Source of the DNA: Thermodesulfobacteriota bacterium
Lineage (GTDB): Bacteria > Desulfobacterota_D > UBA1144 > Nemesobacterales > CSP1-2
DNA: 64,000 nucleotides
Assembly: GCA_035559815.1 (NCBI GenBank)
Contig: DATMAT010000057.1
Span: 6,359 to 70,358 of the forward strand
Direction of reading: 5' to 3'
Part shown: one piece after another, positions 19,805 through 28,946 of the stretch
Position numbering within the stretch: the first letter of the stretch is position 1
Layout: each line of letters begins with the position of its first letter
Notes under the pieces: model-generated
Seen by the model: the letters and a program-made list of their open reading frames with translations, nothing else
Told to the model about the DNA's origin: nothing
The model's database searches: none
Translations under genes and position numbers: made by a program

Positions 19805-22123
19805 GTGGCAAATAAAATTGCTGGAATCAGAGAGAGACCTTTAAAATTAATCTTTATCTCACTTCTTTTAACCTCCTGCACCAGCGCTTTTTTAGTATTT
19901 CTCCTATCCGGCGGGCCTGGCGGACTGCCCATTGTTCCGGCGTTCATAGTTCCCGGAGCAAGGCAACTGGTGGCAACATCCAGCCACCCGCTTGTCCGAT
20001 TCTTCTCCGAGCCCCAGGTCGCTGCAGTGACGCCCGATAACTCCAAGGTTTACGTCACCAACCTAAGAAGCGACTCGGTATCGGTGATAGATACAGCAAA
20101 GGATAGAATAACGGCAACGATACCGGTTGGTAGAAATCCTTTCTCATTGGCCATAACACCAGACGGGACCAAGGTCTATGTGGCCAATTTCGGAAACCTT
20201 TTCCAGCCGGGAAACACCGTCTCGGTGATAGATGCTGAAACGGACGCCGTCGTCGCCACGGTTAGAGTGGGGATTAACCCGGGAGCAATAGCCATAACCC
20301 CGGACGGCTCTAAAGCCTATGTGGCAAACTCCGGATTCTCCGCCTCCGATAACACCGTCTCGGTGATAGATGTGGCCACAGACCAGGTTATCGCCACGGT
20401 AATTGTGGGAATTAATCCCGGGGCGTTAGCAATAACCCCGAATGGCTCAAGAGTCTACGTAAGCAACACCATCAGCAGCACCGTCTCGGTGATCGATACT
20501 TCAACCGACGAGGTAATGGATACGATAAACGTCGGGTTTAACCCAGCGGGGATAGCTATTACTCCCGACGGTTCCAAGGTCTATGTGGCCAACAATCTAA
20601 GCGATTCCGTGTCGGTGATAGACACGTCCAGCAACCGGGTTATCACCACCATTCCAGCAGGGACAGAGCCCTTGATTGTAGCAATAACACCCGACGGCTC
20701 GAAGGCTTACATCACCAGCTTAAGTAGCGACTCGGTCTCGGTGATAGATGTATCAAACGACGCCGTTGTCAACACAATTCCGGTCGGCAATATTCCGGTG
20801 TCCATAGGGATAACGGCGGATAGCTCTAAAGCCTATGTAGGAAACTGTAATTGCGGCATAGCCGACCCGGACAGTCCGGACACCGTATCGGTAATAAACG
20901 TATCGATGGATGAGGTTATTGCCACGATTCCGGTCGGATTTGGGCCGCTCGGCCTGGCCATAACATCAGACGGCTCCAAGGTGTACGTGCCCAGCTCCAA
21001 CGGCAGCACCGTATTTGTGGTCGACACAACTACAGACGAGGTTATTTCGGTAATACCGTCGGGGACAGGACCGGCGGCCATAGCGATAACGCCCGACGGC
21101 ACCAAGGTCTACGTGAGCAACTTTAATAACCCGGACAGTCCAGGCAATACCATATCAGTAATAAATACCGAAACAAACACAGTCGTTGATGAAGTCGAAG
21201 TAGGCATTGGGCCTGCTGCGCTGGCCATAACCCCGGATGGTTCAAAACTGCTGGTTGCTAATTACGGGAGTATATCCGAGCCTGGAAATACCATATCGGT
21301 GATAGAGATTGAGACGAACACGCTGATTGCCGACTTAACTGTCGGAACCGGCCCGATGGCTATTGCCATAAGCCCCGACGGCTCTAAAGCCTATGTGGCT
21401 AATTTTGGCAGTAGCAATTCAGTCGGCAATACCGTGTCGGTGATCGACCTTACTAGCAATACCGTTACACAAAGCATCGGTGTCGGTAATGGGCCTGCCG
21501 GAATAGCCATAACGCCCGACGGCTCACAGGTTTATGTCACCAACCTGGGCGGCGTCGAGGATCCTCCCGATTCCAGCGCTAGAAGCACGGTATCGGTAAT
21601 AGATACCGCAACTAATTCAGTAATCGCTGAGATACCGGTAGGAATTGGTCCCCTGGGCATAGCCATAACCCCGGACGGAACCAGGGCTTATGTGGCCAAC
21701 TTCGGCGGCATTACTTCTTTTAGCGACTTCGCCGCTGGAAATAAGGTGTCGGTCATAGATGTAATAAATAACATATTGATCGGTGAAGTGAACCTCGGAG
21801 ATGGTTTTCTAGGTCTTGGGCCGGCCGGCGTAGCCATAACCCCGGACGGATCTACCATATACGTAACCAACTTCGACATTGTTAATGAGGAGCTATTGGG
21901 CTCGGTCAAGGTTTCTACCCCCGGGGATACTATATCGGTGATAGATTCGACAAGTAACACGGTTACCGAAACTATCAACGTCGGAGAGAGGCCGCTGGGG
22001 ATAGCGATTACCCATGATGGAACTAAGGCTTATGTGGCTAACTACTTCGGCAATAGCGTTTCGGTGATAGATGTTTCGACCAATAGTGTGGCCGAGGAGA
22101 TACCAATTAAAAATGAAAAATGA
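19805..22123 (+). CDS. YVTN-family beta-propeller repeat protein (~17 repeats)
   Basis: 772 aa with a GTG start and N-terminal TM/signal. About 40-aa units of ITPDGSKVYVAN...NTVSVID..T. The repeats are also conserved at nucleotide level (ACCGTCTCGGTGATAGAT recurs). Confidence 0.8.
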   Translation: MANKIAGIRERPLKLIFISLLLTSCTSAFLVFLLSGGPGGLPIVPAFIVPGARQLVATSSHPLVRFFSEPQVAAVTPDNSKVYVTNLRSDSVSVIDTAKDRITATIPVGRNPFSLAITPDGTKVYVANFGNLFQPGNTVSVIDAETDAVVATVRVGINPGAIAITPDGSKAYVANSGFSASDNTVSVIDVATDQVIATVIVGINPGALAITPNGSRVYVSNTISSTVSVIDTSTDEVMDTINVGFNPAGIAITPDGSKVYVANNLSDSVSVIDTSSNRVITTIPAGTEPLIVAITPDGSKAYITSLSSDSVSVIDVSNDAVVNTIPVGNIPVSIGITADSSKAYVGNCNCGIADPDSPDTVSVINVSMDEVIATIPVGFGPLGLAITSDGSKVYVPSSNGSTVFVVDTTTDEVISVIPSGTGPAAIAITPDGTKVYVSNFNNPDSPGNTISVINTETNTVVDEVEVGIGPAALAITPDGSKLLVANYGSISEPGNTISVIEIETNTLIADLTVGTGPMAIAISPDGSKAYVANFGSSNSVGNTVSVIDLTSNTVTQSIGVGNGPAGIAITPDGSQVYVTNLGGVEDPPDSSARSTVSVIDTATNSVIAEIPVGIGPLGIAITPDGTRAYVANFGGITSFSDFAAGNKVSVIDVINNILIGEVNLGDGFLGLGPAGVAITPDGSTIYVTNFDIVNEELLGSVKVSTPGDTISVIDSTSNTVTETINVGERPLGIAITHDGTKAYVANYFGNSVSVIDVSTNSVAEEIPIKNEK

Positions 22124-22128
22124 ATTTT

Positions 22129-22156
22129 GTAGGGGCACATTGCAATGTGCCCCTAC
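22129..22156. repeat. Perfect 28-bp palindrome GTAGGGGCACATTGCAATGTGCCCCTAC
   Basis: Read directly. Starts 6 nt after the YVTN gene stop. Related copies at 41451 and 53393. Confidence 0.7.
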
Positions 22157-22198
22157 TTATCCTAACGTCAACATCGAGGTCGTTAAAAAGGGAAAGCG

Positions 22199-24127
22199 AT
22201 GAAATCAGTTTTGCCAAATGTAATAGATAGAAAGTCACCTCATCTAATTCTTCTCATTGCCGCTCTATTACCGCTAATTTTTAATTTAGCCTGTGATGGT
22301 GGAGAGGACGGAGAAGGAAAGCCTAGCGTCAGTCGTAAAATATTCGTCGCCAGTTCGGGCGGGGACAAAATAACCGTCTTCAATGCCGACGATGATGGTG
22401 ACGCCACACCGATAAGAACAATCGGGTCAAATACCGGGCTCATTAGACCTCAAGCAGTCTACGTTGACACAGTCAATGATGAAATATTCGTGGCCAACAC
22501 CGGGAATAACACAATTACCGTATACAGGAAAGGAGAGGATGGAGATGTAGCTCCTTTAAGAAGCATAGGTGGAGATAACACATTCCTTTTTCGCCCGGTA
22601 GCGATATTCGTCGATACCCAAAATAATGAAATTTTCGTGGCTAACCTATTTTCAATCACAGTGTATGGAAGGACAGACCAAGGGAACGTCTTCCCCACAA
22701 GGACTATAGAAGGAGAAAATACGGGGCTTTCTTTTCCCAGCGGAATATTCGTGGATGCAGAGAACGATGAGATTTTCGTATCCAACACCGAGAACGACAC
22801 CGTCACCGTGTACGGACGGTCGGCAGGGGGAGATGCCTCGCCCTTGAGGACACTATTTGTATTAGATGGAAGCGATAACGGTATCCATGAGACATTGGGT
22901 TTATTCGTCGACGCAAAAAATGGAGAGCTCTATGTGATTGATGCCGTTTTACCGGACTTTCCATCACCAGTCCCGATTACCCGGCCTATCAAGAGCACGA
23001 TAAAGGTGTATGGAAGAGATGCCGAGGGAAATGAACCTCCTTCAAGAACCATCGAGGGAGAAAGCACCGGACTTTTCAATCCTTCCGGCATCTATGTCAA
23101 TAATAATGAGATATTTGTGATTAACTCCTTTAATAACACCCTGACCGTCTATGAAAGAGAAGCCGAGGGGGACGCACCACCTTTGAGAACGCTTACCATA
23201 TTTGACTCTAACGACGCCGGCTTTCGGGCGTTCCGGGGGATGTCTTTGAGCATATCCGTGGATACCGAGGACGGCGAGATATTCGTTTCTAATCTTAACG
23301 ACACAATCACGGTTTATGGTAGAATGGCGGAGGGAAACACGCTTCCAATTAGAATCATAGGATCCCGCACCGGTCTTCTAGACCCAAACTGGATATACGT
23401 GGATACGGAGAACAAGGAAATATTTACCAGTAACTTTTTCAGCCAGCAGGTCACCGTGCACGGAATAATTGACGAAGGGAATGTTGCACCACTAAAAACC
23501 ATACCTCAAGGGCTTTTATCCCCGCAGGGAATTTTTGTGGATACTAAGAATGAGGAGATATTCGTTTTAACCAACGCCGCCGACACTGTCACTGTGTATG
23601 GAATGAGAGATAACAAACCTTTAAGGACGATATTCGGTGGAAACACCGGATTATCCTCTCCCCGGGGTATATACGTCGATATAGAAAGTAACGAGATATT
23701 CGTCACAAACCTGGGCAACGACACCATCACTGTCTACGACAGGACGGCTGAAGGAGACGTAAGCCCTTTGCGGATTATAGGCGGGGATAATACCGGCCTC
23801 CTCGGACCACAGGGAATATTTGTAGATAGAGAAAATGATGAGATTTTCGTTTCTAACTTTTTTACGATCACCGTATATAATAGGACTGCTGAAGGAGACG
23901 CCACCCCTTCCAGGACCATAGATGGGTTTAACACCGGGCTGGACGGGCCAACCGGGATATTCGTGGATGGGGAGAGCAATGAGATATTCGTCACGAACTT
24001 CAACAACAACAGCATCACTGTTTACGACAGGGCGGCGGAAGGGGATGTTGCTCCCTTAAGAAGCTTAGCCGGTCCTCACACCGGGCTTTCATTGCCGTTC
24101 GGAATATTCGTTGCCGATTCGCCATAG
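22199..24127 (+). CDS. NHL-like beta-propeller repeat lipoprotein (~14 repeats)
   Basis: 642 aa. Lipobox IFNLAC. About 46-aa units of P.GIFVD..N.EIFVSN..N.TITVY.R.AEGD..PLRTI.G.NTGL. Confidence 0.7.
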   Translation: MKSVLPNVIDRKSPHLILLIAALLPLIFNLACDGGEDGEGKPSVSRKIFVASSGGDKITVFNADDDGDATPIRTIGSNTGLIRPQAVYVDTVNDEIFVANTGNNTITVYRKGEDGDVAPLRSIGGDNTFLFRPVAIFVDTQNNEIFVANLFSITVYGRTDQGNVFPTRTIEGENTGLSFPSGIFVDAENDEIFVSNTENDTVTVYGRSAGGDASPLRTLFVLDGSDNGIHETLGLFVDAKNGELYVIDAVLPDFPSPVPITRPIKSTIKVYGRDAEGNEPPSRTIEGESTGLFNPSGIYVNNNEIFVINSFNNTLTVYEREAEGDAPPLRTLTIFDSNDAGFRAFRGMSLSISVDTEDGEIFVSNLNDTITVYGRMAEGNTLPIRIIGSRTGLLDPNWIYVDTENKEIFTSNFFSQQVTVHGIIDEGNVAPLKTIPQGLLSPQGIFVDTKNEEIFVLTNAADTVTVYGMRDNKPLRTIFGGNTGLSSPRGIYVDIESNEIFVTNLGNDTITVYDRTAEGDVSPLRIIGGDNTGLLGPQGIFVDRENDEIFVSNFFTITVYNRTAEGDATPSRTIDGFNTGLDGPTGIFVDGESNEIFVTNFNNNSITVYDRAAEGDVAPLRSLAGPHTGLSLPFGIFVADSP

Positions 24128-24186
24128 AGGTTTTAACCATCTTTTGCAATGCTAACGCCCTACAAAAGTTACAGAGGAGACTGGTC

Positions 24187-24381
24187 ATGGTTACCAAAAC
24201 CTGCATGATGAATTGGCTGGCATATAAGGGGGTTCCCACGGTGTATAGAAACACCATTGCAGACGAGGCAGTAAAGGCTACCTCGGCATCAGCGCTCAAG
24301 GCAGCACTGAAAGCAAAGGGCATCCCTCAAACCTGGATTGACATAGGGGTATGGTGTTACTATAAATGCGGCGGGAAGTAG
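24187..24381 (+). CDS. Small hypothetical protein (64 aa), uncertain
   Basis: GAGGAG Shine-Dalgarno about 8 nt upstream of the ATG. C-terminus WCYYKCGGK. No recognisable domain. Confidence 0.25.
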   Translation: MVTKTCMMNWLAYKGVPTVYRNTIADEAVKATSASALKAALKAKGIPQTWIDIGVWCYYKCGGK

Positions 24382-24401
24382 TTAAGACAATGCCAAACTT
24401 A

Positions 24402-24427
24402 GGAAACTTGTCTCAACTTTTCGTCTA
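24402..24427 (+). promoter_or_regulatory. ECF-sigma-type promoter motif, copy b
   Basis: GGAAACTTGTCTCAACTTTTCGTCTAAG. Ends 139 nt upstream of the TPR-CHAT gene. Confidence 0.5.
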
Positions 24428-24566
24428 AGAAGGAGAAAAACAAGCAGGTTTTGATGGTGAAACTGGGTCAGGATGATATCTTTTCGATTAAATTGCATTA
24501 AACTAAATTCTGGCAATCGCAATACTATTTCATACTTTAGCCATCCTTTTAAACCATCAGAAAAAA

Positions 24567-27392
24567 ATGATTGATTTTTCTTTCCTTCATCAAAAGAGCA
24601 TTAATTCCTATCTAGTCATAATGCTGATTACTTTATCTCTACCCTCGTGCGTAACGATAAAAAAAGCGGATATTAAAGTTCAGGACGAAGGAGCAGTACG
24701 GTTAATCACCGAAGGCGGGAAATTGTACGACCGGGGAAGATATGATGAAGCCCTGGGAAAATTCTCTGCGGCGGAGGCAGAGACCAGCTTGCCCCAGGAT
24801 AAAATTAGGATTGCGGACATATTATCCAAAGGCGGCTTCGACCTCTTCGAGAAAAAGCTCTTTGATGCTGCACTTTCCTACTACAACCAATCACTGAAGA
24901 TAAACAGGGTTTTAGATAACAAGCCGGGACTGGTTAATGACTACAGTTACATGGGAAGTATTTACACGGATATAGGAAAATACGACGAGGCGATCCTTCA
25001 CTTCAATCAGGCCATCGAACTGCAAAAGGACATGAATGATAAAGCCGGAGTAGTTCACAACCTGAATAACCTCGCCAATCTCCACGGCTACCTGGGCGAC
25101 TACCAGGAATCTATAAATCTTCTAAACCGGGCCCTTCAGATTAGCCGGAGCACCGACGTCCCGACCCAAACGGCAAGAACACTGATAAATCTTGCCGCTA
25201 TCGATTTTCGCCTGAGAAACTACGAAAAATCTATTGATTACCTAAACCAAGCACTTCAGATTGCGGATAGGGTAAAAAATGAAAACCTGAAAGCGGAAGC
25301 CCTAAACCTAACCGGCGTCGTCTACAGAGAGCAGGGTGAATTCGATAAGGCTTTAGCCAATTACCTTGCCGCGCTGAAAATCAACAAGAAAGAGGGCGTT
25401 GAAGCTGCAATCATAACCAGCCTTAGCACTATTGGCGAATTGTATAAGGAGACTGGAAGATACGGCCAAGCTCTTCAATACATTCAGGAATCTCTCCACC
25501 TGAGCAGGGAATCGAAAAACCAACTGATGACCGCCGTCAACCTGAATTACATGGGGGAGGTGAGATACAAGCAGGGAAAATACGACCAGGCTCTCAATCT
25601 TTACCAATCATCCTTGGGAATCTTTGAAGAGCTTGGGTTCAGGGACCGGATAGCCAGAAGCTACAACAACATCGGTTACCTGAGAGGGGAAACCGGGCAG
25701 TGGGATTCTGCGATCGAGAACCTGGATAAGGCCATCTCCATCTATAAAGACCTGGGAGACAGGGAGTGGGTCCGCATCTCTCTCTTTGGCCGGGGACTTT
25801 ATTCAGAAGAAAAAGGGGACCTTCTTTCCGCAGAAAAAAACTACAAGGAGGCCGTGGATATATTTGAATCGGTTAGAGAGGACGTCGCCGGGGGCCTGGA
25901 AGCAGAGCAAACCTTCAGCGACGTGAACGTGGAGATTTACGAGAGGCTGGTGTCATTGCTCCTGCGGCTTGGGAAAGACGAGGAAGCGCTCGAGTATATA
26001 GAAAGGAGCAGGTCAAAGAACCTCCGGGACACGTTTCTAAGGAGCGGTATCAGCTCTTTTGACGAGAGAACCAGGGGACTCCTTGAAAGATTTGATGAGC
26101 TTTTCAGAAAAGAGGCTTCCATAAACTACCAGTTGGTGAGGGAAAGAGCAAAGGCATTGCCTAACCCGGAGAAGATAGACAATTTAGTAAAAACATTGGC
26201 CAGGACTAGGGAAGAATTTATGAGAATAAATTCTGCTTTAGAGTCCGAAAATCCCAAGCTGTACGGCCTGCTCAGTATAAAACCGGAAGACGTTGCCGAA
26301 CTGGTAAAAAAGAATAGGCTCCCCGGAGACGTTATCTTTGTAGAGTACTTTATCACCGATAAAGAGACCTACATATTTCTCATGAGCGACAGGGACCTGA
26401 AGGTCAAGACCGTTTCTGCGAAGAAAGAGGAACTTGCAGAATTGGTCAAACTGTTTAGAGACCTGATAGAGCTTAATAAATCCATACCCAGCAACCGCTG
26501 GCGGGATGACCAGAGTGAGGAATACGAACAGGCTATAAAACCGCTCAAGAAGACATCATCGACCCTCTACGCCTACCTCATAGAGCCAATCGAGGCTGAG
26601 ATTGCCCCGGCCGAAACCATAGCCGTGATTCCCTTCGGCTCGCTCCATTACCTCCCATTCAACGCCTTGGCAAAAGAAAGGGATGACGGCACGTTGGAAT
26701 TTCTCATAGAAAGGAAGAAGCTCGTCTATATTGTTTCCGCCTCCGCCAATTACCTGGACGTAGTCCTGGGAAACGGCCGTAAAAGAGGAATCGAGAGTCT
26801 GGTTGCCTTTGGCAACCCGGACCTTGGGGAACCGGACCTCGCCCTTCCCTATTCCCAGGAGGAAGTTAAAGCCATAAAAACACTCTTTCCAAACGCCACC
26901 GTGTTCCTGGGAAAGGATGCTACCAAATATAATTTCGAGAGCAACTGGGGGGTGAATGACATAATCCATATGGCCACGCATGCAGTCGTCAAAGGAACGC
27001 CGTCAATACTCTTGGCCCCTTTAGGCACGGGCAGTCTTACCCTGAAAGACATTACCGGGCTGCCCCCTGCCGAGAACACCCATCTTGTGGTGCTCTCCGC
27101 GTGCCAGGCGGCGGTTGTAAGTGACGAAGACGGCCATGCTGCCGAGGAGCTAAACAGTATAGCTCTCGCTTTCAGCATGGTAGGCACCCCATCGGTTATT
27201 GCCACCCTCTGGAGGATAGAGGACAAAGCTACATTTGAGCTGATGGAGGATTTTTATGAGAATTTAAAGAAAGAGGGCAGATTCGATTACGAGGCGTTGA
27301 GAAGGGCACAGTTAGAGATGCTTAAGAGGCCGGATAAATACGGCCAGCCATTCTACTGGGCGCCCTTTATTCTTATGGGGGTATGGGAGTAG
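24567..27392 (+). CDS. TPR-repeat / CHAT-domain (caspase-like) lipoprotein
   Basis: 941 aa. Lipobox LSLPSC, about 8 TPR units (NLANLHGYLGDYQESINLLNRALQI and similar), and a C-terminal CHAT domain with His (IIHMATHAV) and Cys (VVLSACQAA) dyad contexts. Confidence 0.85.
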   Translation: MIDFSFLHQKSINSYLVIMLITLSLPSCVTIKKADIKVQDEGAVRLITEGGKLYDRGRYDEALGKFSAAEAETSLPQDKIRIADILSKGGFDLFEKKLFDAALSYYNQSLKINRVLDNKPGLVNDYSYMGSIYTDIGKYDEAILHFNQAIELQKDMNDKAGVVHNLNNLANLHGYLGDYQESINLLNRALQISRSTDVPTQTARTLINLAAIDFRLRNYEKSIDYLNQALQIADRVKNENLKAEALNLTGVVYREQGEFDKALANYLAALKINKKEGVEAAIITSLSTIGELYKETGRYGQALQYIQESLHLSRESKNQLMTAVNLNYMGEVRYKQGKYDQALNLYQSSLGIFEELGFRDRIARSYNNIGYLRGETGQWDSAIENLDKAISIYKDLGDREWVRISLFGRGLYSEEKGDLLSAEKNYKEAVDIFESVREDVAGGLEAEQTFSDVNVEIYERLVSLLLRLGKDEEALEYIERSRSKNLRDTFLRSGISSFDERTRGLLERFDELFRKEASINYQLVRERAKALPNPEKIDNLVKTLARTREEFMRINSALESENPKLYGLLSIKPEDVAELVKKNRLPGDVIFVEYFITDKETYIFLMSDRDLKVKTVSAKKEELAELVKLFRDLIELNKSIPSNRWRDDQSEEYEQAIKPLKKTSSTLYAYLIEPIEAEIAPAETIAVIPFGSLHYLPFNALAKERDDGTLEFLIERKKLVYIVSASANYLDVVLGNGRKRGIESLVAFGNPDLGEPDLALPYSQEEVKAIKTLFPNATVFLGKDATKYNFESNWGVNDIIHMATHAVVKGTPSILLAPLGTGSLTLKDITGLPPAENTHLVVLSACQAAVVSDEDGHAAEELNSIALAFSMVGTPSVIATLWRIEDKATFELMEDFYENLKKEGRFDYEALRRAQLEMLKRPDKYGQPFYWAPFILMGVWE

Positions 27393-27398
27393 GTTGAC

Positions 27399-27468
27399 AA
27401 TTTCGGATTTCGGAATGCGGATTTAAGTATTTCTTCCGTCCGCAATCTGCAATCCGAAATCCGAAATT
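27399..27468. repeat. Inverted arrays of 7-bp repeats forming a long imperfect hairpin
   Basis: Left side: AATTTCGG ATTTCGG AATGCGG ATTT. Right side: CCGCAAT CTGCAAT CCGAAAT CCGAAAT T. The outer 16 bp (27399-27414 and 27453-27468) are perfectly complementary. Sits between the CHAT stop and promoter motif c. Confidence 0.55.
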
Positions 27469-27474
27469 AAACGG

Positions 27475-27499
27475 GGAAGTTCCCCAGGCTTTTCGTCTA
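27475..27499 (+). promoter_or_regulatory. ECF-sigma-type promoter motif, copy c
   Basis: GGAAGTTCCCCAGGCTTTTCGTCTATA with a 15-nt spacer. Ends 47 nt upstream of the anti-sigma ATG. Confidence 0.5.
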
Positions 27500-27546
27500 T
27501 ACTAATATGTGTTAGTTTAAGTATCGAATTTTTCGGAGATTACTTT

Positions 27547-28152
27547 ATGAAATTAGAAAAAGAAGATGAAATATTGGGTGCGGTGGCGATATCCCTGATT
27601 GAAAGAAAAGGGGGAGAATGCCCTTCTGACGAGGAATTCGCCTTATACCTGGACAGAAAGTTAAACCGAGAGAGGAAAAAGACCCTCATCTCCCACTTTA
27701 TTTCCTGCCCTGCCTGCCGGGACAGACTGGCCGTCTCGAACTTGGCTCTCGAAACCGCCAGAGAGGAAAACATCCTAGAGAAATTACTGACTTTTTTCGG
27801 CCGTCCGCTGGTCATAGCGCCCGTAGCCATCGTAATACTCTTCCTGGCGGCTATAACCCTGAACGTTTATCTAAAATCGTCCAATTTTCCTGACACCGAA
27901 GAAAGATACAGGGGTGGAGATTTAGTCAGCGTAAACCAGGTTGATTTAACCCCTGGCCTCTTGAGAATTATCCAAGAGGGCGACCAGGGGGAATTAAAAA
28001 ATAACCTTGCCAAAGAGCTGCCTCCTCACTCTGAGGTATCGGATATAGTGGTGGAAGAGAGGCTTAAGTCTCTAAAGGACTTAAAGGAGAATGAGAAGAT
28101 AACCTTAATACTTTACAGCGATGGTTTATTGAAGGTGAAGCTAACCCAATAA
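27547..28152 (+). CDS. zf-HC2 anti-sigma factor, single-pass membrane protein
   Basis: 201 aa. HFISCPAC fits the H-x3-C-x2-C motif. TM helix LVIAPVAIVILFLAAITLNVYL, then an extracytoplasmic tail. Confidence 0.65.
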   Translation: MKLEKEDEILGAVAISLIERKGGECPSDEEFALYLDRKLNRERKKTLISHFISCPACRDRLAVSNLALETAREENILEKLLTFFGRPLVIAPVAIVILFLAAITLNVYLKSSNFPDTEERYRGGDLVSVNQVDLTPGLLRIIQEGDQGELKNNLAKELPPHSEVSDIVVEERLKSLKDLKENEKITLILYSDGLLKVKLTQ

Positions 28153-28154
28153 AC

Positions 28155-28946
28155 TCATAGCGTTTGTTCAAATATCTCCTTGATATCGTCGTTGGTTATC
28201 CCCTTTTCTCTCATGTATTTCCCCAGGCTCTTCAGTATCTTTTCTATTCTTTTGTACACCTTTTTCTGGTCAAGCCCGGGAATAGCCCCGGATATCTCCC
28301 TTGCGCTCAAATCTTGCTCGAAATAGAGCTGTAGTATCAGAATATCCTCCTCTTCGAGCCTGTGAACCTCCTCCCTGAGCACTTTCAACACCATCTCCTT
28401 TTTCTCTTTGGCCTCGGTGGTTATCAGACTCTCCTCCGGATTTGCCCCCCTACCCTCGGAGGCAATACCATCTACCTGTTCCCCGAGAAAAACGGTTCGC
28501 TTTTCATCGATCTCATCCATATTCACCCTACTCTCCCTTATCCTTTTTTCCACTTCATCAACCCTTATTTGAGCCTCCTCCGGGGGGATTTTAAACTCCG
28601 CTTGAATGGAATTCTCTACCCAGCCGGGAGACAAATTGTGATAAAAGAAGAGTTTAAAAACATGACGGTTTATCTCGTCGAACGCCCAGTAATACTTGGG
28701 TAAGACCTTATATCCGAATTGACTTCTCCTAAAATCAATGATGAGCTTCCCGGTAACGCTCTGGAGAAATGTCTTAAAGCTCGCCTCCCCGCGGAAGGAG
28801 CCTATCCTCCGGCTATTATCCTCATGTAGCTTCTCCCACACGTACAGGAAACAATCATTGGCCAGGTCGGGGTTGTTAGAAAAGCTCCTTCTACACATAG
28901 ACCGAACTACCAGTATGTCCTCATCAGTTAAGGTCCTATTATCCAT
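28155..28946 (-). CDS. Sigma-70-family ECF-like sigma factor, unusually long (263 aa)
   Basis: Region-2-like FLYVWEKL...FRGEASFKTFLQSVTGKLIIDFRR and region-4-like ILILQLYFEQDLSAREISGAIPGLDQKKVYKRIEKILKSL, separated by ~120 aa that include an acidic linker. Confidence 0.65.
   Translation of the reverse strand: MDNRTLTDEDILVVRSMCRRSFSNNPDLANDCFLYVWEKLHEDNSRRIGSFRGEASFKTFLQSVTGKLIIDFRRSQFGYKVLPKYYWAFDEINRHVFKLFFYHNLSPGWVENSIQAEFKIPPEEAQIRVDEVEKRIRESRVNMDEIDEKRTVFLGEQVDGIASEGRGANPEESLITTEAKEKKEMVLKVLREEVHRLEEEDILILQLYFEQDLSAREISGAIPGLDQKKVYKRIEKILKSLGKYMREKGITNDDIKEIFEQTL

Noticed and set aside
19805-24127. Periodic nucleotide repeats that could be mistaken for a CRISPR array or satellite
   Set aside because: The repeats are in-frame ~120-140-nt protein repeat units of two long ORFs (beta-propeller blades). 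There is no short-repeat/unique-spacer architecture and there are no cas genes.
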